Source: a virus (taxonomy: Duplodnaviria > Caudoviricetes). From it: a stretch of 53,215 nt of DNA. The translations under genes and the position numbers were made by a program. The stretch is from positions 1-53,215 of IMG/VR virus record IMGVR_UViG_3300025769_000159. The stretch is one strand, 5' to 3'. Under the pieces are notes generated by a model. It worked only from the letters and a program-made list of their open reading frames with translations, was not told the DNA's origin and searched no databases. This document shows, piece after piece, positions 45,813-53,215 of this stretch. Numbering within the stretch: the first letter of the stretch is position 1; each line of letters opens with the position of its first letter.

Positions 45813-46724
45813 ATGGCAATATCACGATCACAACTAGTTAAAGAACTAGAGCCAGGTTTGAACGCACTGTTCGGCTTGGAATACAAGAGGTATGAAAATC
45901 AGCATGCTGAGATTTATACTAACGAATCATCTGACAGAGCTTTTGAAGAAGAAGTTATGTTATCAGGATTCGGAAGCGCACAAGTAAAAGGTGAAGGTTC
46001 TGGAGTAGCATTTGACGATGCACAAGAGACTTTCACAGCTCGTTACTCACATGAGACTGTAGCTTTAGCATTTGCTATCACAGAAGAAGCTATCGAAGAT
46101 AACCTCTACGATAGATTAGCTGCTAGATACACAAAAGCTTTAGCTAGATCTATGAGTAATGCTAAACAAGTAAAATCTGTTGAGCCTTTAATCAACGGTT
46201 TACCATCAACTGATACATTTGATTCAGGTGATGGAGTTAGCTTGTTTAATACAGCTCACCCTACGTTAAATGGTACTTTTCAAAATACCCTTACAACGCA
46301 GGCAGACCTTAACGAAACTTCGTTAGAACAATCACTTATAGATATAGGTGCTATGACTGACGAAAGAGGTCTTAAAGTTGCAGCAAGAGGAGTAAAAATG
46401 ATTATTCCTCAAGAGCTTCAGTTCACAGCTGAGAGATTAATGAAATCTCAAGGTAGAACTGGAACAGCTGATAATGATATCAATGCAATCGTATCTATGG
46501 GTATGATTCCGCAAGGATACAGAGTTAATAACTATTTAACTGACTCTGATGCATTCTACATCATTACAGACGTACCAAATGGTATGAAAATGTTCACAAG
46601 AGCTCCATTGACAACTGCAATGGAAGGTGACTTTGATACTGGAAACGTTAGATACAAAGCTAGAGAAAGATACAGCTTCGGCGTATCAGACCCTAGAGGT
46701 ATCTTCGGCGTTGAAGGTGCGTAA
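45813..46724 (+). CDS. Major capsid protein (Mu gpT-like HK97 fold)
   Basis: MAISRSQLVKELEPGLNALFG, ITEEAIEDNLY and YKARERYSFG..DPRG motifs; strong RBS; followed by a hairpin. Confidence 0.9.
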   Translation: MAISRSQLVKELEPGLNALFGLEYKRYENQHAEIYTNESSDRAFEEEVMLSGFGSAQVKGEGSGVAFDDAQETFTARYSHETVALAFAITEEAIEDNLYDRLAARYTKALARSMSNAKQVKSVEPLINGLPSTDTFDSGDGVSLFNTAHPTLNGTFQNTLTTQADLNETSLEQSLIDIGAMTDERGLKVAARGVKMIIPQELQFTAERLMKSQGRTGTADNDINAIVSMGMIPQGYRVNNYLTDSDAFYIITDVPNGMKMFTRAPLTTAMEGDFDTGNVRYKARERYSFGVSDPRGIFGVEGA

Positions 46725-46736
46725 TCATTAAATTTT

Positions 46737-46762
46737 ATGGGGCGGTCTAAAAATCGCCCCAT
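46737..46762 (+). terminator. Terminator-like hairpin after the MCP
   Basis: ATGGGGCGG / TCGCCCCAT stem followed by a short T tract. Confidence 0.65.
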
Positions 46763-46785
46763 TTACAACATAAATTGATAAGAAG

Positions 46786-47040
46786 ATGAAAAATTTCCTA
46801 ATAAATATATGGGCTTACGATCATCATGCAAAATTTAAAGTTTTGTCTGAAGATGATGCCGTTTCTCTAGAACAATCGATCCTTGACAAATTGGGAGAAA
46901 AAAGTATAAATTGGGAATATCTTGGTATATCATATGATAACCGAGTAAACAGAATAACCTATGAGGAGGTTGTTGATGATACAAGACCTATACAAACAAA
47001 AAAGGTCCTTGGAGTTGAAGTGGGAACAGGAGCATATTGA
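46786..47040 (+). CDS. Hypothetical protein
   Basis: 84-aa ORF. Confidence 0.55.
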   Translation: MKNFLINIWAYDHHAKFKVLSEDDAVSLEQSILDKLGEKSINWEYLGISYDNRVNRITYEEVVDDTRPIQTKKVLGVEVGTGAY

Positions 47041-47185
47041 TAATAATAGATATACTCTTGAGATGGTCAGAATTGATGACAAAGTTAAACAAGTCATTAC
47101 TGAGATCAAGCTGGAAGAAGCAGCTATTGCTCACAGACAAAATAGCGTTGAAGGCGCTGCTCCACAAGTTTCTGTAGCTACTTAA
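46976..47185 (+). CDS. Hypothetical helical protein
   Basis: ATG 46976 after GAGGAGG. Confidence 0.65.
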   Translation: MIQDLYKQKRSLELKWEQEHIDNNRYTLEMVRIDDKVKQVITEIKLEEAAIAHRQNSVEGAAPQVSVAT

Positions 47186-47228
47186 TCAAAAGCTACATCG
47201 CTGAAATGCATAAATACCGTAGGCTCTC

Positions 47229-47257
47229 TTGCACTCTATTCAAAACTAGTATACAAT
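47229..47257 (+). promoter_or_regulatory. sigma70-type promoter
   Basis: TTGCAC-17-TACAAT. Confidence 0.6.
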
Positions 47258-47280
47258 TAAATTACTATATAAATTAATTA

Positions 47281-47321
47281 GAACATAGACCCATATAGTG
47301 GACGGCCTAGAGACTATGTTC
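47281..47321 (+). ncRNA. Candidate structured leader RNA
   Basis: GAACATAG/CTATGTTC 8-bp stem enclosing a CCA-TATAG-TGG hairpin, between promoter and RBS. Confidence 0.45.
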
Positions 47322-47342
47322 GGAAACTAGGAGGATATAATT

Positions 47343-47897
47343 ATGGCTTCAACAACGTTTAACGGACCAGTCCGTTCGGAAAAAGGTTTCCAAGTTGCAA
47401 CTAAAAATGCAACTACGGGAGCAGTAACAACTAGAATGAGTTCAGGTATGCCTGACTTAACTGGTTTATCAATCGCAGATGTAGCAACAGCTACTAATAT
47501 TACACTAGCAGATAACACTATTTCTGTAATAAATTATACAGGTGCAGCAGCTGCAACTTGTACTTTGCCTGCGGCATCGCAAGGTTCAGTAGTAGTTTAT
47601 TGTCAATCAAAAGATACTACAGGTGGAACAGCTACATTAGTTTTTGATGCAGCGGGATCTGATGTTTGGGCAACTGGTTCAGTAATTGAATCAAGAGCTA
47701 CAGCAGAAGTTACTTTTGACACTTCAGCAGCAAATGAAACTAAATTAACTTTTACACCAGCTAACGCAGCAACTAATTTGTTGACTACTGGTGGAAAAAT
47801 TGCTTTCATTTGTTATGAAAAAGGCACATGGCATATTGCAACACAACTAGCAGCTGAGACTACTCAGACTACTGGTGCGTTTGTATTTGCAGCGTAA
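47343..47897 (+). CDS. Virion structural protein (head fibre/decoration candidate)
   Basis: MASTTFNGPVRSEKGF start; TCTLPAA motif; AGGAGG RBS. Confidence 0.65.
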   Translation: MASTTFNGPVRSEKGFQVATKNATTGAVTTRMSSGMPDLTGLSIADVATATNITLADNTISVINYTGAAAATCTLPAASQGSVVVYCQSKDTTGGTATLVFDAAGSDVWATGSVIESRATAEVTFDTSAANETKLTFTPANAATNLLTTGGKIAFICYEKGTWHIATQLAAETTQTTGAFVFAA

Positions 47898-47912
47898 TTA
47901 ATAATAAACTCG

Positions 47913-47936
47913 GAGCGCTTGGTAATGCAAGCGCTC
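47913..47936 (+). terminator. Intergenic hairpin (terminator or processing site)
   Basis: GAGCGCTTG / CAAGCGCTC 9-bp stem followed by TTT. Confidence 0.55.
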
Positions 47937-47955
47937 TTTAAAAGGAGGACAACAC

Positions 47956-48363
47956 ATGGCAGACACAGTATTAAATACAACTGTATTCGACGGATCAAAA
48001 AAACTTATCACTCACTACAATGTGGTTTCTGATAGTTCTGGAAGTACAACTAAAATAGTTGACGTTTCTACATTAGCATCAAACAATGGTAAAACTTGCA
48101 AAACTGTAAGACTAAACAAAGTTAGTTTTAATGTTTCAGTAACAGCACCAGCTGATGCAATTAGAATGCAATGGGATGCAACAACAGATGTTGTATTTCA
48201 AACTTTAGCAGGTGAAATGGAATACGATTATACATCTTTTGGTGGATTAAAAAACACTGATGCTAGTGGATTCACTGGTGATGTAAATGTCGTTTTACCA
48301 GCTTGTACAGATGGAGATACAGGTACAATTGTTTGTGAATGGATTAAAGTTTACGAATCGTAG
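47956..48363 (+). CDS. Virion structural protein
   Basis: 135 aa, beta-rich; DYTSFGGL..GFTGDV. Confidence 0.6.
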   Translation: MADTVLNTTVFDGSKKLITHYNVVSDSSGSTTKIVDVSTLASNNGKTCKTVRLNKVSFNVSVTAPADAIRMQWDATTDVVFQTLAGEMEYDYTSFGGLKNTDASGFTGDVNVVLPACTDGDTGTIVCEWIKVYES

Positions 48364-48371
48364 GAGTATAA

Positions 48372-49121
48372 ATGGCTAATACTACTTCGGAAACAACAAC
48401 TTTCGATAAAACTTTTGCTATTGATGAAATAATAGAAGATTCTTTTGAACGTATTGGATTGCAAAACGTTGCAGGTTATCAACTTAAATCTGCTAGAAGA
48501 TCTTTAAATATTTTATTTCAAGAATGGGGAAACAGAGGAATTCATTATTGGGAAGTAGGAGAACTAGATTTAGATTTAGTAGAAGGACAAGCTGAGTATA
48601 AATTCTTTAGAGAAGCTGCAGATGGTACAAGTGCTACATCAAATCCCAATGGTGTTTATGGAATATCCGATGTCCTTGAAGCACAATTAAGAAACAATAG
48701 AACAGCAACAACTCAATCAGATTCACCAATGACAAAAGTAGATAGATCTACTTATGCAGGTTTTTCAAATAAACTTTCTAAAGGAACACCTAATCAATAT
48801 TGGGTCCAAAGATTTATTGATCATGTAAGTATCAGTGTTTATCCTACACCAGATTCAACAAATGCATCTAAAGATATGCATTTTTATTACATTAAAAGAA
48901 TTCAAGATGTAGGAGACTATACAAATGCAACAGATGTACCATTTAGATTTGTACCTTGTATGGTTGCAGGTTTAGCATTTTATCTTTCACAAAAATTTCA
49001 ACCACAATTAGTTCAACAAATGAAATTATATTATGAAGATGAATTAGCTAGAGCTCTTGCAGAGGATGGTTCAGCTTCAAGTACGTTTATTACACCAAAA
49101 GCTTATTACCCAGGAACTTAA
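48372..49121 (+). CDS. Head-tail adaptor (tail tubular A-like)
   Basis: ARRSLNILFQEWGNRG, GTPNQYW, VYPTPD and LAFYLS motifs. Confidence 0.7.
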   Translation: MANTTSETTTFDKTFAIDEIIEDSFERIGLQNVAGYQLKSARRSLNILFQEWGNRGIHYWEVGELDLDLVEGQAEYKFFREAADGTSATSNPNGVYGISDVLEAQLRNNRTATTQSDSPMTKVDRSTYAGFSNKLSKGTPNQYWVQRFIDHVSISVYPTPDSTNASKDMHFYYIKRIQDVGDYTNATDVPFRFVPCMVAGLAFYLSQKFQPQLVQQMKLYYEDELARALAEDGSASSTFITPKAYYPGT

Positions 49122-49759
49122 TGTCAAAATACGCAACAGGTAAATATGCAAAAGCAATATCAGACAGATCTGGTATGGAATTTCCATATAAAGAAATGGT
49201 TAGAGAATGGAATGGTGCGTTTGTACATAATTCAGAATTTGAACCAAAACAACCACAACTTGATCCAAAATCAACGGGAGGTGATGGTGTTGCATTATTG
49301 AATGTAAGACCCGGAAGATTAGAACCATCTGTTTTAATATCCCTAAGAGATAATCCATTTGAAACTTTTAAAGCGGGTTCTAGTATTATAAATATATTTG
49401 CACCCGGTCATGGTTTAACAAATGGAACTACTTATAGATTTAGAGGTTCCGTTACTACATCACCTGGAACGGGTACACCTTACAACCCAAATACAGGAGT
49501 GTCAGGTAATCCTGTAGCAGGATTTTCCAATATATTAAATTTTGATGGTATTTTAGGATCTAATGTACAAAGATCAGCAGGTTATACAATTACAACAGGT
49601 ATTTATAAAACTGTTAGTGGAGTTGATCAAAGAATTACAACAGATTATTCTTTAACCAATTTTTTTCATTTTACTGTAGTCACAAATACTGCTACAGTGG
49701 GCCAAACAAGAGGTGGAGGAAATGGCTGTTCCGTTGGTCCAGTCAGTTTAGAATCATGA
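49121..49759 (+). CDS. Conserved virion-module protein
   Basis: AISDRSGMEFPY.EMVREWNG...EPKQPQL. Confidence 0.65.
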   Translation: MSKYATGKYAKAISDRSGMEFPYKEMVREWNGAFVHNSEFEPKQPQLDPKSTGGDGVALLNVRPGRLEPSVLISLRDNPFETFKAGSSIINIFAPGHGLTNGTTYRFRGSVTTSPGTGTPYNPNTGVSGNPVAGFSNILNFDGILGSNVQRSAGYTITTGIYKTVSGVDQRITTDYSLTNFFHFTVVTNTATVGQTRGGGNGCSVGPVSLES

Positions 49760-49905
49760 TTAAAAAAATTATTAATAAAATTAAAAGTTGGTTTCTACCT
49801 AAAGTAGAAGAACCAATTATTTTAACTGAAAAAAAACCAGAACACTGTTTAGGACATTTAAGATTTAGAAAATCTTGTCCTCGTTGTCAGGAGATAGTAG
49901 CATAA
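49756..49905 (+). CDS. Small Zn-binding protein (49 aa, HC..H.RFRKSCPRC)
   Basis: Read by hand; coupled on both sides. Confidence 0.6.
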   Translation: MIKKIINKIKSWFLPKVEEPIILTEKKPEHCLGHLRFRKSCPRCQEIVA

Positions 49906-50618
49906 TGGCTGGTATAAGTTATTCAACTTTAGTTACACAGATTAGAAATTACACTGAAACAGATTCTAATGTTTTAACTACAGATATTTTAGAAAATATA
50001 ATTCTTAATTCTCAATATAGAATTATGAGAGATGTACCTATTGATGCAGATAGAAAACAACAATTAGGTAATTTTGCGGCAGGACAAGAATCTATAAATG
50101 CACCTGCAGGGTGTTTATTTATTAGAGGTATACAAGTCTATGATACCGCGGGATCTGCTATTACAGGAGCTAACAGATGGCTAGAGAAAAAAGATATGAC
50201 CTATCTTCAAGAGTATCAAGATATAACGGGAACGTCAGCAGCCCAAGGTCAACCTAAATATTATGCTTCATTTGGTGGTGCAACTGGAGCCTCAGACACT
50301 ACATCAGGTAGAATATTTTTATCACCAACACCAAATACAACATATAGATTTAGAGTTCATTACAATAAAATGCCAGACACTTTAGAGTCTAGCAATCAGA
50401 CTAATTATATTAGTATGAATTTTCCAAATGGTCTATTATATTGTTGTTTATCAGAAACATATGGATTTTTAAAAGGTCCAATAGATATGTTGACACTTTA
50501 CGAAAATAAATATAAACAAGAGGTACAGAAGTTTGCTAACGAGCAAGTAGGTAGAAGACGAAGAGACGACTACACAGACGGCGCAGTTAGAATACCAATA
50601 AACTCGGCAAACCCGTAG
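49905..50618 (+). CDS. Second adaptor-like tail protein
   Basis: GQPKYYA, LSPTP, LLYCCL.E...FLK and RRRRDDY motifs; likely start ATG 49905. Confidence 0.65.
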   Translation: MAGISYSTLVTQIRNYTETDSNVLTTDILENIILNSQYRIMRDVPIDADRKQQLGNFAAGQESINAPAGCLFIRGIQVYDTAGSAITGANRWLEKKDMTYLQEYQDITGTSAAQGQPKYYASFGGATGASDTTSGRIFLSPTPNTTYRFRVHYNKMPDTLESSNQTNYISMNFPNGLLYCCLSETYGFLKGPIDMLTLYENKYKQEVQKFANEQVGRRRRDDYTDGAVRIPINSANP

Positions 50619-50629
50619 GAGAATAAATT

Positions 50630-51082
50630 ATGGCAATAACATCGGCAATATGTTCAAGTTTTAAACAAGAACTTTTACAAGGTAAGCACAATTTTGCATC
50701 ATCTGGCGGTGATACTTTTAAATTAGCATTATTTACAAGTTCAGCTTCTTTGGGTGCAGCAACAACAGATTATTCAACTTCTAATGAAGTTACAAACACA
50801 TCAGGAACAGCTTACACAGCTGGAGGTGCAACTCTTACAAGATCAGGAGTTGGTTTAACAGGAACAACAGCATTTACAGATTTTAGTGATGTTACATATT
50901 CGTCAGCTTCTTTCACTGCAAACGGTGCAATGATTTACAATACAACTACAGGAACAGGAACAAGCACAACTGACTCTGTAGCAATTATTGCTTTCGGTGG
51001 TGACAAAACAGCAAGTAATGGAACTTTTAAAATTGAGTTTCCTGCAAACGACGCTACAGCAGCAATAATCAGATTAGCATAG
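50630..51082 (+). CDS. Tail/fibre-associated structural protein
   Basis: SFKQELLQG.HNF...FKLALFT...YTAGG...FGGDKT. Confidence 0.65.
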   Translation: MAITSAICSSFKQELLQGKHNFASSGGDTFKLALFTSSASLGAATTDYSTSNEVTNTSGTAYTAGGATLTRSGVGLTGTTAFTDFSDVTYSSASFTANGAMIYNTTTGTGTSTTDSVAIIAFGGDKTASNGTFKIEFPANDATAAIIRLA

Positions 51083-51092
51083 GAGGCCGACC

Positions 51093-52031
51093 ATGTCGGT
51101 AAACTCAGGATGGGGACGGTTCACCTGGGGCCAAGCTGAATGGAATGAAGATACAACTTTAAAAACAGGTTGGGGTGCTCAAGCGTGGAGTGGTGACGGT
51201 GGCTGGGGAGATCTTTCAGATCAAACAATTTCTTTAACAGGTATACAAATTACAACTAGCCTTGGTTCAGTTGATGTTCCTGATCAAGTTATAACACCTA
51301 CAAGCTTTGAAATAACACTATCACAGGGTGAAGCTTTTGTTCCTGTGGTTCTTGATACAACTTTATCAGCAACATTCTCAGTTGGTTCATTAACCGTGAA
51401 CGATGTAACTATGGGCCTAACAGGTCAAGAAGTTACCGCAGTGTTAGGCACACCAGTTGTAGCTGACATGACTGTCGGAATGACAGGTCTTGATCTTACA
51501 TTATCTCAAGGAACTGCATTTGCTCCAAACGATACAGTAATTATTTCTGGTCAAGAAATAACTTTAACACAAGGAACTGCAATCGGATCTTCTTCACAAG
51601 AAGCAGACTTAACAGGTATTGCAGCAACGTTTACTTTAGGTTCAATAACTGTACCGAACGATACAGTTATTATTTCTGGTTTATCTATGGAAACCACTCT
51701 TGGTTCTATAGTTGGATTAGGTGGTGCTGTTGCTAATCCAACTGGAATTAGTATGACATCTAGTGTGGGGTCTTTAACTGTAGAAGAAGGTTTAGGATTA
51801 ACAGGAATATCATTTAGTGCTAGTTTAGGAACAATTTCATTAACAGATATTACAGTAGGATTAACTGGACAATCTGCAGCGTTTAGTATAGGAACTGTAG
51901 ACATATTTGCTTATGGCGATGTTGACACTGGTTCTAATACATCGTATAGTAATATTTCAACGGGTTCGAATTCTTCATATTCGGATGTTGCAACTGGATC
52001 AAATACCAGTTATAACGATGTAGCAGCGTAG
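51093..52031 (+). CDS. Tail spike/fibre protein with internal repeats
   Basis: WG repeats at the N-terminus; repeated LTG.......G units. Confidence 0.6.
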   Translation: MSVNSGWGRFTWGQAEWNEDTTLKTGWGAQAWSGDGGWGDLSDQTISLTGIQITTSLGSVDVPDQVITPTSFEITLSQGEAFVPVVLDTTLSATFSVGSLTVNDVTMGLTGQEVTAVLGTPVVADMTVGMTGLDLTLSQGTAFAPNDTVIISGQEITLTQGTAIGSSSQEADLTGIAATFTLGSITVPNDTVIISGLSMETTLGSIVGLGGAVANPTGISMTSSVGSLTVEEGLGLTGISFSASLGTISLTDITVGLTGQSAAFSIGTVDIFAYGDVDTGSNTSYSNISTGSNSSYSDVATGSNTSYNDVAA

Positions 52032-52042
52032 GAGAATTTTTT

Positions 52043-53215
52043 ATGGCATCAACATACACCCCTCTGGGTATAGAAAAACAAGCAACTGGTGAAAACGCAG
52101 GAACTTGGGGTACAAAAACAAATACAAACTTAGAAATCGTAGAACAAATATCTGGCGGTTATACAGCTCAAGCTGTCGCTGATTCAGGAGACACAACTCT
52201 TTCAGTATCCGATGGTTCAACTGGTGCAACTCTTGCACACAGAGTTATAGAGTTTACAGGATCACTTACAGCATCTAGAAATGTTACAATACCTTTAGAT
52301 GTACAAAACTTTTATTTTTTAAAAAATGCAACATCAGGATCTCAAAATGTTGTATTTAAATATGCAACAGGAACAGGAACTTCTGCTACAGTTACAAATG
52401 GTAAAACTGTAATTGCATACGCAAAAGCAGATGATGGTACCAATCCAAACATTTCTACAATATCTTTAGCTAGTGATTTAGTTGATGATACTACACCACA
52501 ATTAGGTGGTAACTTAGATACTAACTCTTTCATGATAGACTTCGATGATGCTCACGGTATCAGAGATGAAAGTGGAAACGAACAATTAATATTTGAAACA
52601 ACTGGATCTGCGGTAAACCACATTGATATAACAAATGCTGCAACAGGATCAGGACCAGAGATTGGTGCAGTTGGAGATGATTCAAATATTAATTTAGAAT
52701 TAAGACCAAAAGGAACTGGTGAAATACAAATTGGTACAGGGGCAGCAAACGCAACACTAACCTCAAGTGGTGCACACGATTTAATTTTAGATACAAATGG
52801 TGGTACAAACTCTGGTAACATTACAATTACAGATGCAGCCAACGGTAATATTACTGCAACACCTAACGGAACAGGTACGGTTGTTGTAGGAGGTAATACA
52901 AACCCAGGTACTCTCGTTCTTAACTGTGAATCTAACAGTCACGGAATTAAATTACAGTCACCTCCACACAGCTCATCTCAAAGCTATACACTAAAATTTC
53001 CCACTGGAAATGTTACAGCAGATAGATTTTTAAAAGTAGCTAGTATTACAGGTTCAGGTACAACAGCAGTTGGTCAATTATCTTTTGCTGAAGTATCAGG
53101 TGGTACATCATGGCAAGCAGTAAAAACTTCTACTTTCACAGCAGTAGCTGGTGAAGGTTATTTTGTAAACACTACAAGTGGTGTTGTAACTATGAATTTA
53201 CCTGCAGGTACATTA
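52043..53215 (+). CDS. Tail fibre protein (3'-truncated by the window edge)
   Basis: ATG 52043 after AGGAG; MASTYTPLGIE..ATGENAGTWGTKTNTNL, DTTPQLGGNLD and PKGTG motifs; no stop before the end. Confidence 0.8.
   Translation, partial: MASTYTPLGIEKQATGENAGTWGTKTNTNLEIVEQISGGYTAQAVADSGDTTLSVSDGSTGATLAHRVIEFTGSLTASRNVTIPLDVQNFYFLKNATSGSQNVVFKYATGTGTSATVTNGKTVIAYAKADDGTNPNISTISLASDLVDDTTPQLGGNLDTNSFMIDFDDAHGIRDESGNEQLIFETTGSAVNHIDITNAATGSGPEIGAVGDDSNINLELRPKGTGEIQIGTGAANATLTSSGAHDLILDTNGGTNSGNITITDAANGNITATPNGTGTVVVGGNTNPGTLVLNCESNSHGIKLQSPPHSSSQSYTLKFPTGNVTADRFLKVASITGSGTTAVGQLSFAEVSGGTSWQAVKTSTFTAVAGEGYFVNTTSGVVTMNLPAGTL

Noticed and set aside
2051-46365. Other CTGA(T/C)GA cores (e.g. near 2051, 12422, 18055, 21403, 37606, 39343, 46357) as further hammerheads
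   Set aside because: All are inside coding regions and I could not build a matching GAAA/UH three-stem junction by eye.
51961-51975. GGTTCGAAT resembling a tRNA T-arm
   Set aside because: It lies inside a tail-protein ORF and no cloverleaf forms around it.
104-52842. Many short antisense or alternate-frame ORFs (e.g. 104-358, 41724-42134, 51551-51904, 52552-52842)
   Set aside because: They are shadows of well-supported genes, with no RBS or motifs, unlike the methyltransferase beta frame.
1-53215. Prophage/integration module, diversity-generating retroelement, or phage RNA polymerase
   Set aside because: No integrase, repressor, reverse transcriptase, TR/VR pair or RNA polymerase is recognisable; the missing part of the genome cannot be assessed.

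Overview
Near-complete genome of an AT-rich marine tailed dsDNA phage, short-tailed by inference from its nozzle, adaptor and ejection proteins. Gene content and order resemble HTVC023P-type pelagiphages; a SAR11/alphaproteobacterial host is inference. Modules in order: tail nozzle and ejection proteins (0.5-10.9 kb); holin-like gene and M15 endolysin; SNF2 helicase, SSB, primase-polymerase, UvrD, C5 methyltransferase and family A DNA polymerase (11.9-22 kb); accessory genes including an 818-aa Mrr-domain protein, a LAGLIDADG-like protein, a 2OG-Fe(II) oxygenase and an exonuclease (22-31 kb); TerS and a minus-strand early-type operon of small ORFs (31.4-35.3 kb); then TerL, portal, small basic proteins, GroES, scaffold, capsid, adaptors and tail fibres (36-53 kb). 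I found no integrase, tRNA or CRISPR array. Three signals stand out. (1) A textbook type II hammerhead ribozyme on the minus strand at 34670-34721, between the first two genes of the early-type operon. (2) A dual-frame C5 methyltransferase whose overlapping +1-frame protein carries motif IX and seven tandem TRD-like modules, four of them built on a short DNA direct repeat. (3) A recurring hydrophobic-x-x-GG motif in putative ejected/internal virion proteins, with a candidate processing domain. All calls come from reading the sequence; no searches were run.
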